A DNA stretch of 64,000 nt from assembly GCA_963666835.2 (NCBI GenBank), contig CAXXGO010000001.1:1536001-1600000 (forward strand), given 5' to 3'. The DNA comes from Phycisphaerae bacterium. GTDB lineage: Bacteria > Planctomycetota > Phycisphaerae > UBA1845. Of the stretch, positions 48,781-57,987 are shown one piece after another. The stretch's first letter is position 1, and each line of letters begins with the position of its first letter. Below the pieces are notes generated by a model that was not told the DNA's origin, made no database searches, and saw nothing but the letters and a program-made list of their open reading frames with translations. The position numbers and the translations under genes were made by a program.

Positions 48781-49299
48781 GTGGGCATCACGATCGTCTC
48801 AGCCGGCAAGGGTGAAGGTAAGACCACGTTCCTGTGTGAGAGCGCGGCTCGGCTAGCGGCGCTGGGGCGAACGGTGGGTGGGATCGCCTCACCCGCAGTG
48901 TTCGAGGATGACCGCCGGGTCGGGTATGACCTCTTGGACCTGAGGGCGGGCAACCGCAGACGGCTTGCCCAGGTCGCGAAATCCTCGACGGCCACTAATA
49001 CTGTAGGAATGTATCGTCTAGGGGACGCGGCCGTGACCGAGGGGAACATCAGCATCATCTCGGCCGTGCGGGACCGCCTGGACGTCGTCATTCTCGATGA
49101 GGTCGGCCCGCTGGAGTTTCGGGGGGGCGGCTGGGCGCCTGCTTTGGAGGTCGCGCTGCGGGAATGTTCGCCGGGGCAGGAGCTGATTATCGTGGTTCGG
49201 CCGTCGCTTGTGGATGAACTGCCCAAGCGCTTTCCGTCCGACATGTGGGCCTCTGCCGAGCGGATCTCTCCACCCTGGCCTGCCTCGCTGTGGCGGTGA
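48781..49299 (+). CDS. P-loop NTPase (THEP1/NTPase_1 or DUF2478-like)
   Basis: GKGEGKTT, VGGIASP, RVGYDLLDL, VILDEVGPLE, IVVR. Confidence 0.82.
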   Translation: MGITIVSAGKGEGKTTFLCESAARLAALGRTVGGIASPAVFEDDRRVGYDLLDLRAGNRRRLAQVAKSSTATNTVGMYRLGDAAVTEGNISIISAVRDRLDVVILDEVGPLEFRGGGWAPALEVALRECSPGQELIIVVRPSLVDELPKRFPSDMWASAERISPPWPASLWR

Positions 49300-49447
49300 C
49301 CAAAGCCGGCTATGCCGTTCTTATTACGCCCCTTCTCATAGAGTGAGCGGGTTCCTTCATTTGACGCTACGGCCTCAAGCCGGGAAGCTGTGGGCGAACA
49401 AGTGCGCTCAAGCCGCGGTGGCTCGAGCCCGGTTCGCGGAGGAGCAA

Positions 49448-49891
49448 GTGACCAGAAACCACCCCGGTCCCCGTAGGCCTCAGACGCATTCCGAAGACGA
49501 GCCCGAAAACAAGGGCTGGGAGGGACGTTTGCGCCTTTGGGTCGCGGTCAATGGGCACAATGCCCTCGGGCCCGGCAAGGTTCGATTGCTCGAAGCGATA
49601 GCCAGGACCAGTTCATTGTCGGCGGCCGCAAAGGACCTGCGGATGAGCTACCGATTGGCGTGGCAGCACCTGCGAGTGATTGAGGAACGAACGGGTTTAA
49701 CGGTCGTGGAGCCCCAGCGCGGCGGCCCGAGCGGGGGCGGCACCGATCTAACGCCGGAGGGTCGGGCGCTGCTCAAGGCGTACGACAGTTTCCGGCGGGA
49801 GGTCGAGGAGTTCATGGACTCGGCCTGCGCCCGACACTTCTCGGCGTGGGCGCCGCCACCGGGCGGAGAGTCCGACTCTGACTCAGAGTAG
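49448..49891 (+). CDS. modE: ModE-family winged-helix regulator (DNA-binding domain only)
   Basis: LGPGKVRLLEAIARTSSLSAAAKDLRMSYRLAW...RGGPSGGGTDLTPEG; GTG start after GGAG; no TOBE domain. Confidence 0.88.
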   Translation: MTRNHPGPRRPQTHSEDEPENKGWEGRLRLWVAVNGHNALGPGKVRLLEAIARTSSLSAAAKDLRMSYRLAWQHLRVIEERTGLTVVEPQRGGPSGGGTDLTPEGRALLKAYDSFRREVEEFMDSACARHFSAWAPPPGGESDSDSE

Positions 49892-49902
49892 TAGACGAAG
49901 CG

Positions 49903-50556
49903 CTACGCGGACGCACCGGAAGAGGAACCGGCTATTGCTGCGCGCAGACGTGCGACCATTGCCGGTGGCGGTGGGGCTGTTGCCAAGTCGGCCAGCCACG
50001 TGAAACGCGGGCGAAGCGTGGGATACTCGCGTACGAGCCGGTCGGCCTCGGTTGCCGCCAGGCTGGTCGGCGCATTGATGAGCAAGTCCGAGACGAGCGG
50101 CAGAACGGTCTCGGTACTCGGCTTCATTTCCTTTGGCGGGGGGCGGACGATCAAAATGACGGCAACGGGTCGCAGCAGCCGCACAGCGCTGGAACTCTCG
50201 ACGATGATCGGTGTGTCTATGGGGAAGAGGTCGAGGGCGTGTTGCAGCCCAGGGTCGAGTCCGGCACCCTCGTGCCGGAGGATCTCGACCTGTTTCGCCC
50301 CGGCTTGCAGGTATTGCTCCGTATCCATGCCCACCCGGTCGAGATCGGCGGAATCCTCCATGAAGTACCGCCCGGCGCCGGCTTGATCTGCAGGCGTTCT
50401 TGCGTCGTGGCGTCTGTGAAGAGGGCGGACCTTCAGGCATCCCAGACCTCCCCCGAGGCAGCGGAGCAGCCGCGTCACGAAGACGGTCTTTCCAGAACCG
50501 GAGTGCGGTCCGATGACCGAGAGAATCGTTCTGCTCGTCGCGGCAGATCCGCCCAT
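49903..50556 (-). CDS. MobB-like P-loop protein
   Basis: ILSVIGPHSGSGKT, GCLKV, DTEQYLQAGA, IIVESSS; starts immediately after the fdhD stop. Confidence 0.65.
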   Translation of the reverse strand: MGGSAATSRTILSVIGPHSGSGKTVFVTRLLRCLGGGLGCLKVRPLHRRHDARTPADQAGAGRYFMEDSADLDRVGMDTEQYLQAGAKQVEILRHEGAGLDPGLQHALDLFPIDTPIIVESSSAVRLLRPVAVILIVRPPPKEMKPSTETVLPLVSDLLINAPTSLAATEADRLVREYPTLRPRFTWLADLATAPPPPAMVARLRAAIAGSSSGASA

Positions 50557-50557
50557 C

Positions 50558-51406
50558 TCAGTCCACCACCCGCTGGTATCCGGTATAGATATTCATCCGG
50601 CGACCACGAAGGAAGCCGACCACGGTGAGCCCGAAACGGCGAGCCCACTCCACCCCCATCGCAGTCGGCGCGGACGACGACGCGAGGATGGGGACGCCGT
50701 GGGCAACGGCCTTGCCGATGATCTCGGCCGAGACCCGACCGCTGGTGAGCGCGATCTTGTCTGACAGATCCAGCTTGCGTTGCACGGCCATTCCGGCCAC
50801 TTTATCGAAGGCGTTGTGGCGGCCGACATCTTCAGCGGTAAAAAGGAGACTTTCGGTGTCGGCAATGCCGCAGGCGTGTACCCCGCCGGTCAGGCGGTAA
50901 AGGGAGCTGGCGCGGCCGAACTCTCGCCCCCGAGCGGCAAGTTGCTCCGCAGAGATTGTGACGGGGTTGTCCAAAGGGCGGCAATCAGCCAGGCGGGACG
51001 GGTCACGGCCGGTCCCGCCGCCGCCGCATCCTGTTCCAAACGTCCACCTCCGATGGATTGCCTCCATGGCGTCATCGTCGAACAGCCCGGTGCATCTGAC
51101 TTGCCCGCTCTCGGTGTCGAAGCACACTTCCGGCATCTCCCGGCGGTCTCGGCACAGGCCCTCGGATATCAGGAATCCCAGAGCCAACGCCTCGACATCG
51201 CGCGGAAGCGCCAGCATAGCGAGAATAGGTGTATCGTTGACGACCAGCTCGATTCTGCGCTCCCGAATAAGCCGGTCGTTTACGGCCGTGCATTCTCCGG
51301 AGGGTGAATACCGGCGAATCGGCCATGCGATCATCTGATCTGCGTCGGCGGCATCGTTTGGTGGCGGTCCATCCACGTTTTCTTCGAGATGCTCGTTCTC
51401 TGTCAT
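50558..51406 (-). CDS. fdhD: Formate dehydrogenase accessory sulfurtransferase FdhD
   Basis: LALGFLISEG, GTGCG, TGGVHAC, EDVGRHNAFDK, TSGRVSAEI, SAPT. Confidence 0.95.
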   Translation of the reverse strand: MTENEHLEENVDGPPPNDAADADQMIAWPIRRYSPSGECTAVNDRLIRERRIELVVNDTPILAMLALPRDVEALALGFLISEGLCRDRREMPEVCFDTESGQVRCTGLFDDDAMEAIHRRWTFGTGCGGGGTGRDPSRLADCRPLDNPVTISAEQLAARGREFGRASSLYRLTGGVHACGIADTESLLFTAEDVGRHNAFDKVAGMAVQRKLDLSDKIALTSGRVSAEIIGKAVAHGVPILASSSAPTAMGVEWARRFGLTVVGFLRGRRMNIYTGYQRVVD

Positions 51407-51718
51407 GTTGCCTCGGGTGGCTCGGTGTTCCAGCGTCAGCTTTCAACGGATTCAGCAGCCTGCGTGCGATGGCTGAGCGAAAGTCAGCATAGGGGGATAG
51501 CCGAGATCGTTCAACGCGGCTTGCACAAGGAAGCGGATCGTCGGCACGGGCTCGCGTGCGGCGGGAAGCGCGGGGCGGTTTCCGGTGGGACCGGCAAAGG
51601 ACGTCGTTGAGTGACGTTACGACAACCGGTGTCATTCGCCGAACACAAGGTGCGCTCCGCACGGAAAGCGTGCGAAACAAGTCTGCATTTGACGTGCGGC
51701 CCGGCGGGCGCGCGGCGT

Positions 51719-51742
51719 GGTTATGTTCAGGGAAGCATAACG
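51719..51742. promoter_or_regulatory. Putative ModE box 2 (upstream, activator-like position for fdh)
   Basis: GGTTATGTT-N6-AGCATAACG palindrome in the fdhD/fdnG divergent spacer. Confidence 0.7.
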
Positions 51743-51780
51743 CAAGCCCTTGATCCAAACGAACTTACGTAGTGCCACGG

Positions 51781-51809
51781 TTGACGCTGGTAGATGCGGT
51801 GTCTAAGCT
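51781..51809 (+). promoter_or_regulatory. Sigma70-type promoter for the fdh operon
   Basis: TTGACG-N17-TAAGCT. Confidence 0.6.
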
Positions 51810-52094
51810 GAGCGTGAGCTGGCGAGGTCAGGTTGGTGAAGTAAACGTGGCGTCGAGGATCTCGTCGCAGTGCCGGGTTTCGTGCCGGCGTGTTCTCTTT
51901 CGATTCGGTGGTGCCTGCTCCCCATCGGCGCGGCGTCGTTTTGGCGTGGTGCGGCTGCTGTCAGGGGGCGGCCGGCGACCTTTGGAGATACAGCCTGAAA
52001 TGGTGCCGTGCAGTTGGCACCTTTAATCTAGTTTACGGATTTTGTATCGGCCAATGAGACGTATCCAACGTTTTCGTAGGTATAGGAGATACCG

Positions 52095-55000
52095 ATGCTA
52101 TTGACACGCAGAGAATTCCTTAAGACTTCTGCGGTTACCGCCGGGGTCGCCGTCACCGGGATGGGCTTTGCGCTCAGTCCGGTGAAAGCGCACGCGGCGG
52201 AACTCCGCAAGAATCTCGAGGAGGCTACGCAAACGACGACTATATGCCCGTATTGCGGTTGCGGGTGTGGGTTTGTCGTGCACGCCTCGGGCGGCAAGGT
52301 CATCAACATCGAGGGCGATTCCGAGCACCCCATCAATCAGGGTACGGCATGCTCGAAGGGGTCCGCGTTGTTCCAGATGGCCGGTGGAAACAACGAGAAC
52401 CGTTTGCAGACGGTGCGCTACCGTGCACCGAATGCAACCGAGTGGGAGGAAGTGAGTTGGGAGTGGGCGGTGGAGCGTATCGCACAGCGGGTCAAGGAAA
52501 CTCGCGACGCGACGTTCGAGACGGTCAACGCTGCCGGCAATACGGTCAACCGCACGCTGGCGATCGGTTCGTTGGGTAGTGCCGCTCTCGATAACGAGGA
52601 GTGCTGGCTCTATCAGAAGATGTTGCGTGCCCTCGGCCTGGTGTACATCGAACACCAGGCGCGGAACTGACACTCTGCCACAGTCTCCAGTTTGGCGACT
52701 TCGTTCGGCAGAGGGGCCATGACTAACCACTGGATCGACATCGGCAACAGCGATGTCATCCTGATCATGGGATCCAACGCAGCAGAGAACCATCCGATCT
52801 CGATGCGTTGGGTGAACAAGGCTCGCGAGAGCGGGGCCAAGATGATCCACGTCGACCCCCGGTTCACCAGAACTTCGGCGGTTGCGGACATCTATGCATC
52901 GCTTAGAAGCGGGTCCGACATTGCGTTCTTGGGTGGGATGATCAATTACATCCTTGAGAACGGGTATATTCACGAGGAGTACGTCAAGGAATATACGAAC
53001 GCCAGTTTCCTGATTAATGAGGATTTCGCGTTTAACGACGGGTTGTTCAGCGGCCACGACGGCGATAGGACCTACGATACGACGACGTGGGCTTTCCAGA
53101 CGGACGCCGACGGGGTTATTGTCAAGGACAAGACCCTTGAGGATCCCAACTGCGTTTACCAGTTCCTCAAGACGCATTATTCTCGCTACGACCTGGAGAC
53201 CGTATCAGGCATCACCGGTACTCCCGAGGACAAGCTTCAAGAGGTCTACGAGGCCTACGTTGGCGCGTGCTACGAACCGGGTAAAGCCGGAACGATCATG
53301 TACGCGATGGGCTGGACCCAGCACACGGTCGGTGCTCAGAACATCCGGGCAATGTCGATCGCCCAGTTGTTGTTGGGCAACATCGGCGTGTCGGGCGGCG
53401 GAGTCAACGCTTTGCGCGGTGAGTCCAATGTGCAGGGCTCCACGGACCAATGTCTGCTGTACCATATTCTGCCGGGTTACCTCAAGAGTCCGCAGGACAA
53501 CTGGACGGATCTGGACACATATAACGAGTCGGCGCGGGCGCTTACGACGCTCGAACCGCGCAGCGCCAACTGGTGGAGTCATACGCCGGAGTATATAGCC
53601 AGCTTCCTAAAGGCCATGTACGGCACCGAGGCTACGGCGGACAACGACTTCGCGTATAGTTGGCTGCCGAAGCGCGATGCCGGGGTCAATTATGCGTGGC
53701 AGCCGATGTTCGATGCCATGTACAAGCAGGAGGAGGGGAAGGAGATTAAGGGCTTCTTCGCCTGGGGGCAGAACCCCGCCTGCAGCAGCGGTAACGTCAA
53801 CAAGATCCGGGCCGCCTTGGCCAAGCTGGACTGGTTGGTGTGCGTCAACATCTACAGCACCGAAACCTCGGAGTTCTGGCGCGGGCCTGACATGGACCCG
53901 GAGAACATCGCTACTGAGGTGTTCGAGCTGCCCGCAGCCGCGTCGTTCGAGAAGGAAGGCAGCGTCACCAACTCGGGCCGGTGGGCTCAGTGGCGCTATG
54001 CGGCGATTGACCCTCCGGGCGATGCGAAGCCGGACGCGGAGATTATGAACGATCTGTGGATCGCCATCACCGGGCTCTACGAGGCGGACGGTGAATTCCC
54101 CGATCCGATTCTCGGCTGCAAGTGGGATTACTTTGACGGGCCGGACATCCCAACCGTCATGCTTGCCAAGGAAATCAACGGGTACAACCTTGACGCGGAC
54201 GGCAATCCCACCGGACTGGTTGACAAGTTCACCTTGCTGGCGAGTGACGGGACGACGTCTTCGGGTAACTGGCTCTACTGCCAGTCGTACAACGAAGACG
54301 GCAACAACATGGCTCGGCGCACTGTGGAGACCGAGGGTATCGGTTTGAACGCCGAGTGGGCGTGGTGCTGGCCGATCAATCGCCGGATCATCTACAACCG
54401 CGCCAGCGTCGATTTGCTGGGGCAGCCGTACGATGAGGATCACCCGGTCATTACCTGGAACGGAACCGGCTGGGACGGTGATGTTCCGGACGGTGGTTGG
54501 GCTCCGATGAACAACGAGGACGGGACGGAGAATCCGGATTCGAAGTTGCCCTTCATTATGCAGACCAACGGGGTAGCGCAGGTCTTCGGTAATATGACGG
54601 ATGGTCCGGTCCCCGAGCACTATGAACCGCTGGAGTCGCCGTTGACGGAAAACCCGATGACGGGCAACTCGCAGCGGTTGAATCCGGCAGTATACGTGCC
54701 TCCGGCCGACGAGATGAACGCGGTAGCCACGCCGGGAGGTACGGACTACCCGATCATCTGTTCGACGTACCGGGTGACCGAGCACTGGCAGAGCGGGGTG
54801 ATGACGCGGTGGATACCCTGGTTGAACGAGCTTCATCCGGACATGTTTGTCGAGATGTCGGAAGAGCTTGCTGAAGAGAAGAGCATCACCAACGGTGAAT
54901 GGGTCAAGGTGAGTAGTGCTCGCGGTGAGGTTCGGGCGGTGGCTGTCGTTACGAAGCGCTTCAAACCGTTCACTATCGAGGGCAATACGGTTCATCAAGT

Positions 55001-55151
55001 CGGAATACCGTGGTGTTACGGCTGGGTTGCACCGCTGATGGACAAGACTCGGGCGAGTAGCGCCAATCTATTGAGTCCGAACGTCGGCGATCCGAATACC
55101 CGAATTCCGGAAAGCAAGGCCTTTATGGTCAATATTGAGAAGGAGGCTTAG
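52095..55151 (+). CDS. fdnG: Selenocysteine-containing periplasmic formate dehydrogenase alpha subunit (1018 aa; TGA 52668-52670 read as Sec)
   Basis: Tat signal TRREFLK; CPYCGCGC...CSKG; IEHQARN-TGA-HSATVSSLATSFGRGAMTNHW in one frame, joining the two listed ORFs at the conserved Sec-His site. Confidence 0.96.
52671..52713 (+). promoter_or_regulatory. Bacterial SECIS hairpin
   Basis: CTCTGCC...GGCAGAG outer stem, AGTC/GACT and CCA/TGG inner stems with a G-containing apical loop, directly after the UGA. Confidence 0.8.
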
Positions 55152-55154
55152 ACC

Positions 55155-55826
55155 ATGGCAGTCAACGGAAAAGCATTCTTGATCGACACGACCAAGTGTA
55201 CTGCTTGCCGGGCCTGCCAGGTGGCCTGCAAGCAGTGGAACGAGTTGGCGGCGGAGACGACCGAGAACCGCGGCGGCTACGAAAACCCGCCGGATTTCAC
55301 GGCTAACACGTGGCTGCGTGTGCAATTCAAAGAGACCGAGCGTTCGGATGGTTCACTGGCGTGGACGTTCGTTCGGAGCTCGTGCCGGCATTGCATCGAT
55401 GCTCCGTGTAAGCAGGAAGCTGCCAATAGCGATTCGATCACTATTGATAGTGACACCGGAGCGGTGCTCTTCGGCGAGGGTACGAAGGACGAATCCTACG
55501 CGGCAATCCGAACGGCGTGCCCGTTCGACATTCCGCGGCAGGATTCCGAAGGGCAGCTCTTCAAGTGTCGGATGTGCGTGGATCGGGTGGACAACGAGGA
55601 TCTGGAGGCAGCCGCTGACAGAATCCCGGCCTGTGCCAAGGTCTGTACGACCGGGGCAATCACGTTTGGCGATTACGCGGACATAACCGCGGCGGCGGAC
55701 GCCCGGCTGGCTGAAGTCATTGCCGAGGGGTTCACCAACGCCACGATTCTGGATCGAAATGACGTGCGGCTGCTTATCTTGTTGGCCGAGCCGGCCGGCA
55801 TGTATTCGCTGACTACGCGTGGATGA
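55155..55826 (+). CDS. fdnH: Formate dehydrogenase iron-sulfur beta subunit (no TM anchor)
   Basis: CTACRACQVACKQWN, CRHCIDAPC, CPFDIPR, KCRMCVDR, PACAKVCTTGAI. Confidence 0.92.
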   Translation: MAVNGKAFLIDTTKCTACRACQVACKQWNELAAETTENRGGYENPPDFTANTWLRVQFKETERSDGSLAWTFVRSSCRHCIDAPCKQEAANSDSITIDSDTGAVLFGEGTKDESYAAIRTACPFDIPRQDSEGQLFKCRMCVDRVDNEDLEAAADRIPACAKVCTTGAITFGDYADITAAADARLAEVIAEGFTNATILDRNDVRLLILLAEPAGMYSLTTRG

Positions 55827-56755
55827 TGTACGGGATGAGTAAGTCTGCATCATTAGGTATGAAAGACCGCCCGTCGGTAGAGACGCTTGAGCGCCGGGCC
55901 AAGGCTATACTCAAAGCCCGCCCCGCCTACAAGGAAATGGTCGATTTCTATTTGACCGTTTTCCGTAAGCAGTTGGAGTGGCGGGACCGGCTGACGGTTC
56001 GGCCCGAGGCGGTAACCCCGGAGCAGGTACGAGACTGCCTGTCCGGTGGGGCGCCCCTGGCCGAGAGTTACGATCCGGGGATCGCGAAGGAGTCTCTCGT
56101 CGAGTTCTGGCGGGAGATGAAGTCCGTATTCGGTCGCGGGAACGAGACTCTGCAGGCGGCGGTCACGCAGATCGACGGTGCTGAGCAAGCCGGCGAGTTC
56201 AAACCGGGGGCTTGGTTGTTGCGACAGCGCCCGGATTGTCCGGAGCTTCTTTCGGACACCGCGCGCGAGCTCGGCGTTGCTGAGCCCATCTTGGCCTCGT
56301 TGACCAGGGCGGTGGTCTTTCCGCACTGGCAGGTTGTGGCCGAGAGCTGGCTTCCGGACGATCGCCTTGATTACTGGCGGAAGTTCCGGTGTCCGGTCTG
56401 TGGAGGCGCTCCGGAGTTGGCGGAGACCTGCACGGAGGCCAGCACTTCCGAATGTGTTTCCGCGGCGGTTCGGCGTTTGATGCACTGCGCGTTCTGCAGT
56501 GCCCGTTGGGCGGTTCCGGTGCTGGAGTGTCCCTCCTGCGGGTCTACGCAATCAGGTGATGCCAAGTATCTGTTTACGTCTGACGAGCCGGAGTTGCGGA
56601 TAGATTTTTGTAAGAGTTGCAGCCACTACGTTAAGGTGGTTGACGGTGACAAGGTTGGTGGGCGGATCTACGTGGGGCTCGAGCTGCTGGCCGCGGCTCA
56701 TCTCGATATGATTGCCCAGGAGAAGAACCTTTCGCCGCTGCAAGTGTGTGCGTGA
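55823..56755 (+). CDS. fdhE: Formate dehydrogenase maturation protein FdhE
   Basis: CPVCG, CAFCSARW, CPSCG, CKSCSHYVK, HLDMIAQE. Start may be slightly downstream. Confidence 0.9.
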   Translation: MMYGMSKSASLGMKDRPSVETLERRAKAILKARPAYKEMVDFYLTVFRKQLEWRDRLTVRPEAVTPEQVRDCLSGGAPLAESYDPGIAKESLVEFWREMKSVFGRGNETLQAAVTQIDGAEQAGEFKPGAWLLRQRPDCPELLSDTARELGVAEPILASLTRAVVFPHWQVVAESWLPDDRLDYWRKFRCPVCGGAPELAETCTEASTSECVSAAVRRLMHCAFCSARWAVPVLECPSCGSTQSGDAKYLFTSDEPELRIDFCKSCSHYVKVVDGDKVGGRIYVGLELLAAAHLDMIAQEKNLSPLQVCA

Positions 56756-56793
56756 TGTTTCGTAAGTGTATTGAGGAATAAGGGGCTACAACG

Positions 56794-57381
56794 ATGAAGA
56801 TTACCGCTCCTAGATATGGAAGCACGGTAGTTTCGTTAGCCATAAGCGTGTTTCTGGTGGGCTTCGTCTTCCTGGGCGTGGGTTGTCCGCCGGTGACGCC
56901 AATGCCGGAATGTACGGCGGACGCCGACTGCGATGACGGGCTCTTCTGCAACGGTGCGGAAACCTGTGTCGCCGAGGCGTGCGTGGCCGGAACGGACCCG
57001 TGTGACGGCGGTGAGTGCGACGAGGAGAACGACCAGTGTGTCGCGGCCGGATGCACGTCCGATGCGGATTGCGCTGATGGCGAGTTCTGTGATCTTGTTT
57101 CCGGTGAGTGTGCGACGAACGAGAACCTCTACGAGGAAGCTGCGTTCGATCACGACCTGCACCGGACCACAATGAGCATTGCCTGCGATTCGTGCCATCA
57201 CGATGGCGCCGGGTTCGTGACCTGTGATACGTGTCACGATCGGGACGAGGTTGTCGGCGGAATCGTGGTGCTGAAGGATGCCATGCACAACGCAGATAGC
57301 GGGTGCCGGGCATGCCACGACGACGAAACGGCGGACGGGCTCTGGGACTGTTCGAAGTGCCACACGGGGCTTAGCGACTGA
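56794..57381 (+). CDS. Lipoprotein tetraheme cytochrome c3-like protein with Cys-rich spacer
   Basis: GVGC lipobox; Cys-rich repeats; FDHDLH, CDSCHH, CDTCH, AMH, CRACH, CSKCH. Confidence 0.85.
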   Translation: MKITAPRYGSTVVSLAISVFLVGFVFLGVGCPPVTPMPECTADADCDDGLFCNGAETCVAEACVAGTDPCDGGECDEENDQCVAAGCTSDADCADGEFCDLVSGECATNENLYEEAAFDHDLHRTTMSIACDSCHHDGAGFVTCDTCHDRDEVVGGIVVLKDAMHNADSGCRACHDDETADGLWDCSKCHTGLSD

Positions 57382-57457
57382 TCTACGCCGAAGCCTCAAG
57401 GCCAAGTGGGCACATGCCGTGCCCGGGTTTGTGTTGTTAGCTGATTGAGATCACCCT

Positions 57458-57493
57458 GGGGGTGTCGGCCGTTGGTCGGCACCCCCTTACTTT
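57458..57493 (+). terminator. Rho-independent terminator of the fdh operon
   Basis: GGGGGTGTCGGCC-GTT-GGTCGGCACCCCC followed by TTACTTT. Confidence 0.65.
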
Positions 57494-57987
57494 GCGCGCG
57501 GACATTGCGGGTCTGCCGGGGTGGGGCAGAAGCACTGCAAGCACTGGGGCAGCCGGTTTCAGGTGGCCAAGGCAAGCTGGCGGTTGGCGAGGATAACCGT
57601 GGAGTTCGTGCAGCACCACGTTCCGGTTTCGGCCAGCCCATGTCTCCGATATCCACACAGGGCCGTAGGTGACTGACATGTGTCATTTCTTATAGGACGA
57701 CGATATCGGACCAGGGATGTCCCTGTGGTTGTGGGAGACGGGATATCGTCATGGCGGTGATCCGGGCCGCCGATCAAGCAGGAGGATACGTTCGTTGGAT
57801 TGGGCGTTAGTGTGGAGACGGTGTGCGGGGGCGCGAGCGCAACCGGTGCTGCCTTCTCCTTGAGCCGCTTCGCGACGCGGACCGGGTGAAAAACGGTTGC
57901 GGGAGCGGATAGGCTGACGTGTGGGAACACTGAGCGTCGGGCGCGCCGGAGCCGGATGGGTGATTGCGTAAGCGGAGCATCCTAAAG

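Noticed and set aside
49300..49340. Third ModE box upstream of modE (GGCTATGCC...ATTACG)
   Set aside because: Spacing and right arm do not fit the 9-6-9 pattern.
52000..52035. Sigma54 promoter for fdnG (TGGCAC)
   Set aside because: No GC at the -12 position.
52095..52670. fdnG as a pseudogene or split gene
   Set aside because: The TGA is at the conserved Sec position and is followed by a SECIS-like hairpin.
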